The position numbers were made by a program, and so were the translations under genes. Shown piece after piece: positions 34,287 to 44,219 of a stretch of DNA of 64,000 bases. Under the pieces are notes generated by a model. It was not told the DNA's origin. It made no database searches and saw only the letters and a program-made list of their open reading frames with translations. This DNA is from a virus. The stretch is taken from IMG/VR virus record IMGVR_UViG_3300044966_000489, one strand, 5' to 3'. Numbering within the stretch: position 1 is the stretch's first letter; each line of letters begins with the position of its first letter.

Positions 34287-34919
34287 ATGTCTAACTTATT
34301 CCTAGGAATTGCTGGTGCTGCAACTGTAGGTAAGGATACTTACTATAGATTACTAAAGCAGATTTGCTCAGAAGAGTTTGGAGTGAATGTAATAAGATTT
34401 GCTCTTGCTGATTCGTTAAAGAATGATTTATATTCTTTGATCTTATATAAATACGGAGTTGACATTTTTAATTGTTCAACTGAGGATAAGAACAAGGTAA
34501 GACATTTATTAGTAAGTCACGCTAGAGTAATGCGTCAAAATACTAAAGGTAGGTATTGGATAGAAAAGCTTCAGTCTGAAATTGATGAGTACAAGAAATC
34601 TGAAAATTTTAAACCTTCAGATATTTTTTGTGTAACAGATATTAGACACTTCGAATATTCAAAAGACGAAGTTGTCTGGATAAAGGAAGAAAATAAAGGA
34701 GTTTTAATTTATGTTGAAAAATATTTTTCAGACGGTTCAATTTGCAATCCTGCAAACACTGATGAAAGCAGAAACGATCCCGCTCTTAGAGAACATTGCG
34801 ATTATTTGCTTCGTTGGATGCATGGATCTGACGAACAAACTTTGAAAATTTCCGTCAAAAAAAGTATTGACAACTTGATAAAACAAGGTAAGCTTTACAC
34901 ACATGATAGAATCAACTGA
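34287..34919 (+). CDS. deoxynucleoside monophosphate kinase-like P-loop protein
   Basis: GIAGAATVGKDT, FALADSLK, R.LLV, YWI, VTDIRH. Confidence 0.75.
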   Translation: MSNLFLGIAGAATVGKDTYYRLLKQICSEEFGVNVIRFALADSLKNDLYSLILYKYGVDIFNCSTEDKNKVRHLLVSHARVMRQNTKGRYWIEKLQSEIDEYKKSENFKPSDIFCVTDIRHFEYSKDEVVWIKEENKGVLIYVEKYFSDGSICNPANTDESRNDPALREHCDYLLRWMHGSDEQTLKISVKKSIDNLIKQGKLYTHDRIN

Positions 34920-35490
34920 CAACGAACTTGTAACGAAGGTAAAACTTCATCAATGCAACCAATCATTAAAGACTCTGATAGATAGGCACTCTCCTCTCTG
35001 TTTTGATATATTTAAAAAGTATAATAAGATTCTTCAAGAAAGAGGCGTAAGCCCAGAAGATCTTGCTAATGAAAAAGATTACATTATTTACAAGTGTACT
35101 CTTAATTTTGACGAAACTCAAAATAGTAAATTCTCAACTTGGCTTGCTAATCACGTTAAATACAAATGCTTAACAAACATTACTAAACATAAGTGGACGC
35201 TTTCCATAGACGATGAAAACCAAAAGAATCTTGTAGCAAATCTTAGTCAAGAAACTAATGATTTTGAAGAGAAGAAGGAATATATATTTAATCTCCTTTC
35301 TCAAATGAAAGACAAGCGATTAGAGAAGATTATCATGTTGAGATACTATGGAGACAAACCTTCTCGTAAGTGGAAGAATATTTCAAAAGAACTAGGCGTA
35401 ACTTACCAGACGGCAATCACTTTACACAAAAAAGCCCTTGAGTTCTTGAAAACAAAAATAGAGAGTAAAGAAATGCAAGATTTTGTGTAA
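34903..35490 (+). CDS. sigma-70 family RNA polymerase sigma factor
   Basis: Region 2 FDETQNSKFSTWL; region 4 IIMLRYY...WKNISKELGVTYQ....HKKAL. Confidence 0.85.
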   Translation: MIESTDNELVTKVKLHQCNQSLKTLIDRHSPLCFDIFKKYNKILQERGVSPEDLANEKDYIIYKCTLNFDETQNSKFSTWLANHVKYKCLTNITKHKWTLSIDDENQKNLVANLSQETNDFEEKKEYIFNLLSQMKDKRLEKIIMLRYYGDKPSRKWKNISKELGVTYQTAITLHKKALEFLKTKIESKEMQDFV

Positions 35491-35540
35491 AAACTCTTTA
35501 CTTTTTTTGTTGGTACAGGTAGTATTTATTTGCATATCTT

Positions 35541-35897
35541 ATGCCTACTCCTAATACTAACAATACTGACAGTAATTCAATTCGACGCGAACTTGGCGCA
35601 CTTTGGAGCCGCAAAGGCTCTAGTGGTTCTGAGTATCTAACTGGTAAGTTCCGACTTAAGGACATCAAGGATAACTTTGATGAAGTTAAGATCATTGTGT
35701 TCCCAAATAACAAGAAGAAGAATGATGGGTCTCCCGATTTTCAGATCTTCATGGAGAAGGCTCAGTACGAAACCCTCACTGGAACTCAAGGCTCTCCCAC
35801 TCCTGCTCCAGCAGCAAAGGTCGCTCCTCGCGCAGTAGTTAAGCCTCTTGTAAAGGCCGCAGTCAGCCAAGTCAGCGCAGATGATGATTTGATCTAA
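35541..35897 (+). CDS. DUF736-like putative ssDNA-binding protein
   Basis: ELGALWSRKG..G.EYLTG, FPN.KK..SPDFQI, Pro/Ala linker, acidic DDDLI tail. Confidence 0.65.
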   Translation: MPTPNTNNTDSNSIRRELGALWSRKGSSGSEYLTGKFRLKDIKDNFDEVKIIVFPNNKKKNDGSPDFQIFMEKAQYETLTGTQGSPTPAPAAKVAPRAVVKPLVKAAVSQVSADDDLI

Positions 35898-35898
35898 C

Positions 35899-36978
35899 AT
35901 GAAATTTGCCCTGCATCTTCCGATTAATACGACCAGTTTTGGTCAGGTCTCAATTCAGCTTCTCAAAGAGATTTATTCTTTGAAGTTGGAGCCATCTCTG
36001 TTTATGATTGGCAATCCTGATTTCGGTCAGGAAGAGATTACGGAAGATTTTAAGAATTGGTTTAATTCTTGTTTGAAGAAGGGTCTCCGATACCATTCAA
36101 GAAAAGATCCAGTTTTTAAACTGTGGCACATTAACGGCTCACTTGAGTCTTATAGTGATCGGCAGTTTTTACTTACTTTCCATGAACTTGATGCCCTCAC
36201 TCAGACTGAGATTAATATCTTAAAGAATAATGACAAGGTATTAGTTTCTTCCCCTTATTCAGTGAAGGTATTCAGTGAACATGGGGTAGGTAATGTAAGT
36301 TATTTACCCCTGTTCTTTGACGCAAAGAATTTCAAAGCTACAAACAAGACTTACTTTAATGACGGCAGAATCACTTTTAATCTTTGTGGCAAGTTTGAAA
36401 AGCGCAAGCATCATGTAAAGGCGATCCGTGCATGGATCAATAAGTACGCTAATAATAACAGCTACTCTTTACAGTGCGCTCTTTATAATAATTTTCTATC
36501 TCAAGAAGATAACACTAAATTGATTAACATGGCAGTTGAAGGCAAGAAATTCTTCAATGTCAGCTTCTTTGGGCATATGGCTCAAGTTAATCTTTATAAT
36601 GAATTTCTAAATTCAGCAGACGTTATTCTTGGAGCTTCAGGAGGTGAAGGTTGGGCTTTACCAGAATTTCAATCAGTTGCAATTGGAAAGCATTCTGTAA
36701 TTATTAATGCTCATGCTTATTCTGCTTGGGCTAATGATAAGAATTCAGTTTTAGTAAACCCCTCAAGCAAAATTCCTGCTTATGACAATATGTTCTTTCA
36801 CCAAGGACAAGAATTTAATCAGGGAAATATTTTTGACTGGTCAGAAGATGCTTTTATTGAAGGCTGCGAAAAGGCAATCGCAAGAGTAAAGCAAAGCAGA
36901 ATAAATCAAGAAGGTTTGAAGCTTCAAGAGCAGTTCACCGTCAGAAAGACAACTGAACAGATCCTTTCTCTTTTTTAA
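35899..36978 (+). CDS. GT4-like glycosyltransferase
   Basis: GKFEKRK, SGGEGWALPEFQ. Confidence 0.85.
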   Translation: MKFALHLPINTTSFGQVSIQLLKEIYSLKLEPSLFMIGNPDFGQEEITEDFKNWFNSCLKKGLRYHSRKDPVFKLWHINGSLESYSDRQFLLTFHELDALTQTEINILKNNDKVLVSSPYSVKVFSEHGVGNVSYLPLFFDAKNFKATNKTYFNDGRITFNLCGKFEKRKHHVKAIRAWINKYANNNSYSLQCALYNNFLSQEDNTKLINMAVEGKKFFNVSFFGHMAQVNLYNEFLNSADVILGASGGEGWALPEFQSVAIGKHSVIINAHAYSAWANDKNSVLVNPSSKIPAYDNMFFHQGQEFNQGNIFDWSEDAFIEGCEKAIARVKQSRINQEGLKLQEQFTVRKTTEQILSLF

Positions 36979-36979
36979 T

Positions 36980-37324
36980 ATGCCAGTTTATATTTTTCAA
37001 AATCCTAAAACTAAAGAATACAAAGAAGTTTTTCTTTCTGTTGACGCAGAGAAAGTGTATTCTGAAGGAGGAGTAAAATGGCAAAGAATTTTCATCTCTC
37101 CTAATGTAAGTGTAGATACACAGATAGATGCGAACTCTGAGCGAGATTTTATTGAAAAAACTGCGAGAAAGAATTATAACGTTGGTGAGATGTGGGATTC
37201 CTCTAAAGAACTTTCTGAAAAACGAGAAAGAGAAAAAGGAATAGACCCCATTAAGGAAAAATCTCTAAAAGAGTATTCTAAGGTCCGTCGTGGCGCAAAA
37301 CACACGAACAAGGCTGGTATCTAA
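36980..37324 (+). CDS. FmdB-like small protein lacking Cys
   Basis: MPVYIFQNP.T.EY.EV...WQRIF pattern. Confidence 0.6.
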   Translation: MPVYIFQNPKTKEYKEVFLSVDAEKVYSEGGVKWQRIFISPNVSVDTQIDANSERDFIEKTARKNYNVGEMWDSSKELSEKREREKGIDPIKEKSLKEYSKVRRGAKHTNKAGI

Positions 37325-37354
37325 TTTTTCGTTTCCCAAATCGGTTTTTCTTCG

Positions 37355-37360
37355 GTGTAA
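37355..37360 (+). promoter_or_regulatory. phage-specific GTGTAA promoter motif
   Basis: GTGTAATTA 13 nt upstream of the nrdJ ATG. Confidence 0.55.
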
Positions 37361-37373
37361 TTATTATCCCTAT

Positions 37374-39341
37374 ATGAGCAAAGCTATTAACTTCCTAGAC
37401 GAAATGGCGAACTTTACGTTCGTAACAAAATACGCAAAATATGACGAAAAGAAGAAGCGCAGAGAGACATGGGACGAGACTGTTACAAGAGTCGAGACCA
37501 TGCACTTGAAGAGATTCAAGCACCTACCAAAAGAAGACAAGTATGAAATTTCAAGAGCTTTCGACTTGGTTAGAGAAAGGAAGGTTACTCCTTCAATGCG
37601 TAGTATGCAATTCGGCGGTAAAGCGGTTGAAGCGCATAATGGAAGAATCTTTAATTGCGCTGTACGTCATATTGATTCTATTCGTTCTTTTGCTGAATCT
37701 TTTTATACTTTGCTTTGTGGTACTGGCGTTGGATTTGGTATCACTGATAAGTTCCTCAATCGCCTACCTGATCTCGTTAACGCTAAAGATAAGACTGGGA
37801 CGGTAATTACTTATACAGTTAATGATAGCATTGAAGGGTGGGGCGACTCAATTGAAGCTTTGCTAAACTGCTATTTTAAGAATACCGCTTATTCTGGCCG
37901 TAAGATCGTATTTGATTACAGCAAAATTCGCCCAAAGGGAGCGAAGCTTAAGACTGGTGGAGGAAAAGCTCCCGGCTATAAAGGTCTCAAGAACTGCCAT
38001 TTCAAGGTTAAATTGCTACTTGATACTATTATTGAAGATAGCAATCAAACCCGCCTTAAGACTGTCAATGCTTATGATATTTTGATGCATTGTGCTGATG
38101 CCGTATTGTCTGGAGGTATTCGCCGTTCTGCTTGCAGCGTTATCTTTGACGCTCAAGATAAGGACATGATGAACGCCAAGACTGGCAATTGGTTCCTTGA
38201 TAACCCTCAGAGAGCTAGATCAAATAACTCTGCAATTATTATTCGCGGCAAGACTTCTTATGACGAGTTTGAAACTCTAATTAATAAGACTAAGGAATTT
38301 GGTGAGCCGGGATTCTTATATGTTGTTGATGAGAATCAGCTTTTGAATCCTTGTTTTGAGATTTCTTTTATTCCAATTACTAAAGATGGACGTTGCGGAT
38401 TCCAGTTCTGCAATCTCACTTCTATCAATGGAGCGAAAGTTAAGTCTCTAGAAGATTTTAAAAATGCTTCTTGGGCTGCGTCATTGATTGGAACGTTGCA
38501 AGCTGCATATACGACCTTCCCTTATCTCGGTCATACTTCCGAAGAGTTGACCGAAGAAGAAGCTCTGCTTGGAGTTTCTATTACTGGAATGATGGATAAT
38601 CCAGATATCCTTTTCAATCCAGAGTATCAAAGAGAAGCCGCCAAGGTTTCAGTAAACACTAACATTGAATGGGCCAAGAAGATTGGAATCAATCAAGCTT
38701 CTAGAGTTACTTGCATCAAGCCAGAGGGAACTAATTCCATTGTATTGTCTGCTGCTTCTGGAATTCATCCTCACCACGCTCGTAAGTACTTCCGCCGCAT
38801 TCAGGTCAATAAGGAAGATAATGTCTATAAGTTCTTCAAGATGTTTAATGAACACGCTTGCGAAGAGAGCGTTTGGAGCGCAAATAAGGTTGATGATGTT
38901 ATTACATTCCCTATTGAAGTAAGTGAGAATGTCAAGATTAAGTCTGAACTAAATGCAATTGAGCATTTGGAACTTATTAAATTGACACAAACTAACTGGG
39001 TTAATTGCGGCACAACTGCTTCAAACAAGAAGCCACTAAACCATTCAGTTAGCTGCACCGTTATTGTTAAAGACGACGAATGGAAGACCGTTACAGAGTA
39101 CCTTTATAACAATCAAGAGTACTTTACTGCCGTTTCTTTGCTTCCTTATTCTGGAGATAAGATCTATCAACAGGCTCCAATGGAAGCAATTGTAACGCCT
39201 GAAGATGAAGTTAAATTTAATAAACTTCAAGAAGAGTGGTCAAAGGTTGACTTTACTAAGCTTATTGAAGATGAGGATGAAACTAGTCATACTCAGGAAG
39301 TTGCTTGCGCTGGCGGAAAATGTGAGCCAGTAAGTCTATAA
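37374..39341 (+). CDS. nrdJ: class II (adenosylcobalamin-dependent) ribonucleotide reductase
   Basis: RRETWDETV, FNCA, GGIRRSA, NPCFEI, FCNL, TCIKPEGT, C-terminal ACAGGKCE; no beta-subunit gene. Confidence 0.92.
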   Translation: MSKAINFLDEMANFTFVTKYAKYDEKKKRRETWDETVTRVETMHLKRFKHLPKEDKYEISRAFDLVRERKVTPSMRSMQFGGKAVEAHNGRIFNCAVRHIDSIRSFAESFYTLLCGTGVGFGITDKFLNRLPDLVNAKDKTGTVITYTVNDSIEGWGDSIEALLNCYFKNTAYSGRKIVFDYSKIRPKGAKLKTGGGKAPGYKGLKNCHFKVKLLLDTIIEDSNQTRLKTVNAYDILMHCADAVLSGGIRRSACSVIFDAQDKDMMNAKTGNWFLDNPQRARSNNSAIIIRGKTSYDEFETLINKTKEFGEPGFLYVVDENQLLNPCFEISFIPITKDGRCGFQFCNLTSINGAKVKSLEDFKNASWAASLIGTLQAAYTTFPYLGHTSEELTEEEALLGVSITGMMDNPDILFNPEYQREAAKVSVNTNIEWAKKIGINQASRVTCIKPEGTNSIVLSAASGIHPHHARKYFRRIQVNKEDNVYKFFKMFNEHACEESVWSANKVDDVITFPIEVSENVKIKSELNAIEHLELIKLTQTNWVNCGTTASNKKPLNHSVSCTVIVKDDEWKTVTEYLYNNQEYFTAVSLLPYSGDKIYQQAPMEAIVTPEDEVKFNKLQEEWSKVDFTKLIEDEDETSHTQEVACAGGKCEPVSL

Positions 39342-39425
39342 AATTTTTAGACTTTTTTGTGCTATAGTATTTTACAGAGTGTAGAATACTATATGCACAT
39401 CATGATGGCTTTAAATAAGTAAAAT

Positions 39426-39710
39426 ATGAATACACCAGCAGCATCCATAGATTGGCAAACCTTATTTAATATTGCTTTCATGATCGCCGGTTTTTTAGCT
39501 GGATGGATCTTCAAAAGGACTTTTCATTTAATTGACAAGCAAGAGCAAAAGACGGAAGATCTTTCAAACAAACTTCACGCCATTGAAATATCTCTTCCAA
39601 AAGAATACGTTAACAAAGAAGATCTCAATAAATTCTCAGAACATATTAACGCTAGATTTGATAAAATAGAAGCTAAACTTGATAATATCATTGAGAGAAG
39701 CAAAACATGA
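39426..39710 (+). CDS. single-TM coiled-coil protein
   Basis: N-terminal TM; LPKEYV.KED...RFDKIEAKLD. Confidence 0.7.
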   Translation: MNTPAASIDWQTLFNIAFMIAGFLAGWIFKRTFHLIDKQEQKTEDLSNKLHAIEISLPKEYVNKEDLNKFSEHINARFDKIEAKLDNIIERSKT

Positions 39711-40510
39711 TTTCATTTTTAGTTTTAAATTACAATAGACCTAAAGAAACAGAACTTTGTTTAAAATCAATTAAAAAATTTACTACCTTCTCTCACGAAG
39801 TAGTTTTACTAAATAATGGCGGACAAGATCACGATGCCATTTTTCAGTTTTTCAAAGATGGCTTGATTGACAAGCTAACTTTAAGATCAAAAAATTCAGG
39901 ATGTGGACTTGGCACAAGAGAACTATTCAATGATTTCAATTTAAGTAACGAATACGTTATTTACGTTCAGTGCGATCAGTTCATGATCCGTGAGTTCTCA
40001 GAGCAGGAAATAGCTAGTTACATTAACATTTTAAAGTCAGACGAATCAGTAAGCCATATTGATTTATCTGGAAATCAAGGAAACGGCAACTATTCTGAAA
40101 GAGCGCACCTAATAAACAAAAAGTTTTATAACAGTATCCCAAATACAATTGGTGGCCCCGGTCCATACGCAAATGAGATGTGGACTGAAGAAAGCCTTCA
40201 GAAATTCTTGAAAGCTAACAATAAGAGGTTTCTCGTTTCAAAGAATCTTTTATTTGCAGACAATGGTAAAGTATCTATTCGTGAATACCCTTGTGGCGGC
40301 GAATTGATACAATATACAGATACTAAAGAAGTATTTATTACAAAACCAATTAAGGCAAGAGTAGACTTTCCAAATATCCATTTAACTGATAAAGAATGGG
40401 AAATGATACTGTCTAATACATGGGTCGATGGAACTATTCCTCACAAGCATAGGGAAAACTCTTTTTTATTTTGGAAAAAACCATTCTATTCTGATATAAT
40501 GAATGGATGA
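39707..40510 (+). CDS. GT2-like glycosyltransferase
   Basis: ISFLVLNYNRP, LLNNGG, NSGCG, YVQCDQ. Confidence 0.8.
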   Translation: MISFLVLNYNRPKETELCLKSIKKFTTFSHEVVLLNNGGQDHDAIFQFFKDGLIDKLTLRSKNSGCGLGTRELFNDFNLSNEYVIYVQCDQFMIREFSEQEIASYINILKSDESVSHIDLSGNQGNGNYSERAHLINKKFYNSIPNTIGGPGPYANEMWTEESLQKFLKANNKRFLVSKNLLFADNGKVSIREYPCGGELIQYTDTKEVFITKPIKARVDFPNIHLTDKEWEMILSNTWVDGTIPHKHRENSFLFWKKPFYSDIMNG

Positions 40511-41352
40511 AGGTCTATCTTTGCGGTATAACGCAAAATCAACTTAAAAACATAGACGACCTAACTAAAAATTGCTATCAAGCTTTTGATGGTTTAATTT
40601 ATGTTGATGGTGGATCTACAGACGGTACAAAAGAACTTCTAGAAGAGAGAAAAGGCTGTGGTCAAGTTATTTACCGCAAATGGACTAACGACCATGACTT
40701 TCAAATGAATGAATTCTTGCGCCAAGGACCAATGGAAATTGGCGATTGGTTCGTCCTTAGAGATTCTAGAGAGAGATTCAATACTGAATGGATTGCCGAT
40801 ATCAAGAATCTCATTTCCAAAGCCAAGAACTCAGGAATTAGATCAATATATAATTACGGCAAAGGATTCGCTTTTGAATACTACGACGATATGTTCTTTC
40901 ATGGTTCTCCTCATTGGGGATTAGTTGGAGCCAGAAATCAAGCAGTAGACTTAAGTCAATTCTTTGATGAAAACAAGAAAGAGCATACTTGGAGATTAAG
41001 AGATGGAGAAGATGATCCAGAAAGAGACGAGTCTTACTATATCGATCACTTTTTTAAATATTACTACGTCTACGGAAGAAGTAATCATCTTCTATTGGGT
41101 CGAGAAAATGATAGAGAAGGTTTTCAGAAAGCTGAAGCTAGAAGAGTAGAGTTTAGAATGTATTGTCATTCTATCGGTTTAGAGTTTACAGCAGAGTCAT
41201 TTCTAAACTATTCAAAAAATTCTGGAGCAAATGATTTTAAGTTTAAGTCATTTATTAATTCAGAGGTTATTCTTAAAGATTTTTATAGAAAGAAAGTCCT
41301 AAACGAGCCTCTCAAAAGCATACAGGAAAACAAATTTTTAATCGTGACATGA
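40507..41352 (+). CDS. GT2-like glycosyltransferase
   Basis: YVDGGSTDGT, WFVLRDSRE. Confidence 0.8.
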   Translation: MKVYLCGITQNQLKNIDDLTKNCYQAFDGLIYVDGGSTDGTKELLEERKGCGQVIYRKWTNDHDFQMNEFLRQGPMEIGDWFVLRDSRERFNTEWIADIKNLISKAKNSGIRSIYNYGKGFAFEYYDDMFFHGSPHWGLVGARNQAVDLSQFFDENKKEHTWRLRDGEDDPERDESYYIDHFFKYYYVYGRSNHLLLGRENDREGFQKAEARRVEFRMYCHSIGLEFTAESFLNYSKNSGANDFKFKSFINSEVILKDFYRKKVLNEPLKSIQENKFLIVT

Positions 41353-42110
41353 AATTTTCTTCATATACTTCCGCCTTTAATCTCATCAAGATGGGATTCG
41401 ATTGGCAGAACTCGCTTCTAAACTATTCTCAGTTTATGGACGAGGTAGTCCTAGCTATTAATAAATCAGAAGATAATACATTTGAAATAGTTAATCAGTT
41501 CATAGTTGATAGAGATATTTCAAACATTACTCTTTGTCAATGTAATTTTGATTATGATGACTTAGCGTTTGATGGCAAGATAAAGAATTTCGCTCTTCAG
41601 CACACTATTGGAGATATAAAAATTTCATGCGATATTGATGAAAGATTTCCGTTGTATCAGAAAGATCTGTGGAGAAGAGCCGCCGAATATCTACTTTCAC
41701 AAAACCAAGCTTCTGCATTTCTAATTCCAAGTATTAATTTATGCGGTGACATTTATCATTATAAAGATATTGGCTATAAGTGGTATATGCACAAAGATGG
41801 TTTATATCGTGGTGTTGTTAACTTTGCCAAGAAACAAGACGGAAAGATAGATACAGACAAAAGCGACACCTGTGAATTAATCGACGCAAACGGAAACCTT
41901 GTACAAACCCTTATGTTCAATAATTCAATAGAAAAGCTTAGAGAAGGAGAAACTCCTTATGTTTTCCATTATTGGGCCGTAGATAAAAAACAGAGAGAAA
42001 GACAAAATGAATTCTGGCAACCTGTTTGGTCTAATCGCGCAGGGAAAGAAATAAATACAAAAACTGATTTTTCAAAGATAGAAATAAAAGAGCATAGTTT
42101 AAAGATATGA
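41349..42110 (+). CDS. GT2-like glycosyltransferase
   Basis: DEVVLA..SEDNT, KNFALQ, CDIDE, VFHY. Confidence 0.8.
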   Translation: MKFSSYTSAFNLIKMGFDWQNSLLNYSQFMDEVVLAINKSEDNTFEIVNQFIVDRDISNITLCQCNFDYDDLAFDGKIKNFALQHTIGDIKISCDIDERFPLYQKDLWRRAAEYLLSQNQASAFLIPSINLCGDIYHYKDIGYKWYMHKDGLYRGVVNFAKKQDGKIDTDKSDTCELIDANGNLVQTLMFNNSIEKLREGETPYVFHYWAVDKKQRERQNEFWQPVWSNRAGKEINTKTDFSKIEIKEHSLKI

Positions 42111-42769
42111 AAAATTTTTTAATAAATCAGTGTATAGAATCTGTTTATAATTCAGACAGAAATATTTCAAAAGTCAGCAATGATATTTTAAATATAGAAG
42201 GGATGAGCAGTCCCAAAGTTAGACACTTAATGAATAATCTTTGCTCTTTTGATAATTGTAGATATTTAGAAGTAGGAAGCTGGATGGGATCAACCTTATG
42301 CTCTGCCGCATTTAAAAATAAAGGTCATTTTATAGGAGTAGATAATTTTAGCGAATTCCATTCTTCAGTAAATAGCGGACATAAAAACAGTCAAGAAACG
42401 ATAAAAAATAAATTAATAACCAATATCAGTTCTTTAAATCAAAGAAATATAGATTTCCAAGAAAAAGATTTTTTTAGTTCTAATCTTGAAATAAAAGATA
42501 AAATAAATGTCTTTTTTTATGACGGTGTTCACAGTAAGAAAAGTCAATACGAGAATTTAAGCATAGCAAAACCTTTTCTTGATGAGTATTTTATTTATCT
42601 TGTTGATGATTTTTATTGCCAAGTCAGTCTTCCAAAAGCTTGTTCTTTATTTGCAATAAACGATTTTAAATTTGAAGTCTTTTTCTACTGCGAATTGCCC
42701 AGTAATAAAAAGGATGAACCGCTTTATCATGGAGGAATAGGAATGTTTGTTTTGAAAAATTATTTTTAA
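42107..42769 (+). CDS. class I SAM-dependent methyltransferase
   Basis: YLEVGSWMGST, VDNFS, FFYDGVH, VDD. Confidence 0.85.
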   Translation: MKNFLINQCIESVYNSDRNISKVSNDILNIEGMSSPKVRHLMNNLCSFDNCRYLEVGSWMGSTLCSAAFKNKGHFIGVDNFSEFHSSVNSGHKNSQETIKNKLITNISSLNQRNIDFQEKDFFSSNLEIKDKINVFFYDGVHSKKSQYENLSIAKPFLDEYFIYLVDDFYCQVSLPKACSLFAINDFKFEVFFYCELPSNKKDEPLYHGGIGMFVLKNYF

Positions 42770-42772
42770 TAT

Positions 42773-43522
42773 ATGAATCAGCTCCCATTAAATTTATTAA
42801 TTTTTACTACTACTAGAGGTCACTTTGGATTTCAAGATGTTTACAAGACCTCTATTAATTTCATGGAAAAAAAGCTTGGAAGCTTAAATGTATTTTCCAA
42901 TCGCATTGCTCATATAAAGGTTAGAGGGAATGAAGTAGAAAGAGAAAGATTACCAGAGATGGTATCTTTTTTTAATTCAAAGAATATTGAGACAATAGTT
43001 ACTCATGGCGACTGGGAAAGAGGAATGTCTCATCAGAACGAATATCTTAAAGATATAAACAAGAGCGTTAACACTAAACAAATTCAATCTTCTCCATACA
43101 CTCTTTGGTTTGAAGACGATTCGCCAATAGAAGGCAAAGATGTTTTTGATTCTCTTTTTAAATCAATTCGCATTCTTGAGCAAAATCAAGAAGTCTTAAA
43201 TATAAGATACATAAGAGAAGGTCTAAAAGAAAACGAGCATTTTTATAAAATAGATCAGGAAATCTGCTTTTCAAATACTTTTGATTTTCAACCAAATGTT
43301 TCTAGATCTAGAGACCTACTGTGTGCTTCTAATTTAATAAATAGGAATTGGGAATACTTTAAAAATATACAGTGCGAAATGGCTTTTAGATTGGCGATGG
43401 AAAACTTCAGTGCTTCAAAATTTAAATTCTTAGGATTTAATCCTGATTTATATTTTTCGTATCATATTGGGACTCCAGAATATAATAAGTTTTTACAAGA
43501 TCATGCTGACTATCTCAAATAA
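42773..43522 (+). CDS. putative GT-A fold glycosyltransferase
   Basis: LWFEDD motif and C-terminal HIG; cluster context. Confidence 0.6.
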   Translation: MNQLPLNLLIFTTTRGHFGFQDVYKTSINFMEKKLGSLNVFSNRIAHIKVRGNEVERERLPEMVSFFNSKNIETIVTHGDWERGMSHQNEYLKDINKSVNTKQIQSSPYTLWFEDDSPIEGKDVFDSLFKSIRILEQNQEVLNIRYIREGLKENEHFYKIDQEICFSNTFDFQPNVSRSRDLLCASNLINRNWEYFKNIQCEMAFRLAMENFSASKFKFLGFNPDLYFSYHIGTPEYNKFLQDHADYLK

Positions 43523-44219
43523 CGCAGGTTCGTTAGGTGATTATCTAAGTTTAACCCCTTTATTTAATCACACTCAGTGTACTGTACAAATATTTGAAAA
43601 CGAAAGATCAAGAGAACTGTCAAAAGTTTACGATGGTCTTGCAGATATTGAATTTGTAAATCATCCCGTTCCTCCTGTTAATCAGACAGATGAAGAAGTC
43701 TGTTTTTCACAAAGAATCTTAAATTATTACAAAGCATTTGATCAAAGCCCAATTCCCAAAATAAAGATAACGAAAGAAGAAGAAGAATGGGCTACTGAGT
43801 TTTTGTCTAAGTATAAAAATCCAATATGTTTCAATAGAACGGTTGGCAAACCAGACACGGGACATCCTTTAGCCAAGTATAGACAGATCTCAGTAAACAT
43901 ATCTAAACAAATAATCTCTCAGTGCGAAAGCTCTGGATATACAGTTTTAAATTTTTGTCTATCTTCTAATTATGAAAAAATAAGCGATGAAATCCCTGTT
44001 TTAGATTTACCAATAAGAAAACTAGCCGCTTGTTTCTATAAAATAAAAAAGTACATTGGCTCAGACACAGGAGATTATCATTTAATGCTTTCTGTCGGTG
44101 GAAACGTAAAAGTTTTGGTTCCTCCATCTGACTGGCACTATGATCATAAAAAGCATTTGTATTTAGATTACGCTTGGAAAAACGAACCAAAGAGAGCAGA
44201 TTACTATTTAATAAAATGA
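43503..44219 (+). CDS. GT9 (heptosyltransferase-like) glycosyltransferase
   Basis: GSLGD..SLTP, YIGSDTGDYHL. Confidence 0.75.
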   Translation: MLTISNNAGSLGDYLSLTPLFNHTQCTVQIFENERSRELSKVYDGLADIEFVNHPVPPVNQTDEEVCFSQRILNYYKAFDQSPIPKIKITKEEEEWATEFLSKYKNPICFNRTVGKPDTGHPLAKYRQISVNISKQIISQCESSGYTVLNFCLSSNYEKISDEIPVLDLPIRKLAACFYKIKKYIGSDTGDYHLMLSVGGNVKVLVPPSDWHYDHKKHLYLDYAWKNEPKRADYYLIK

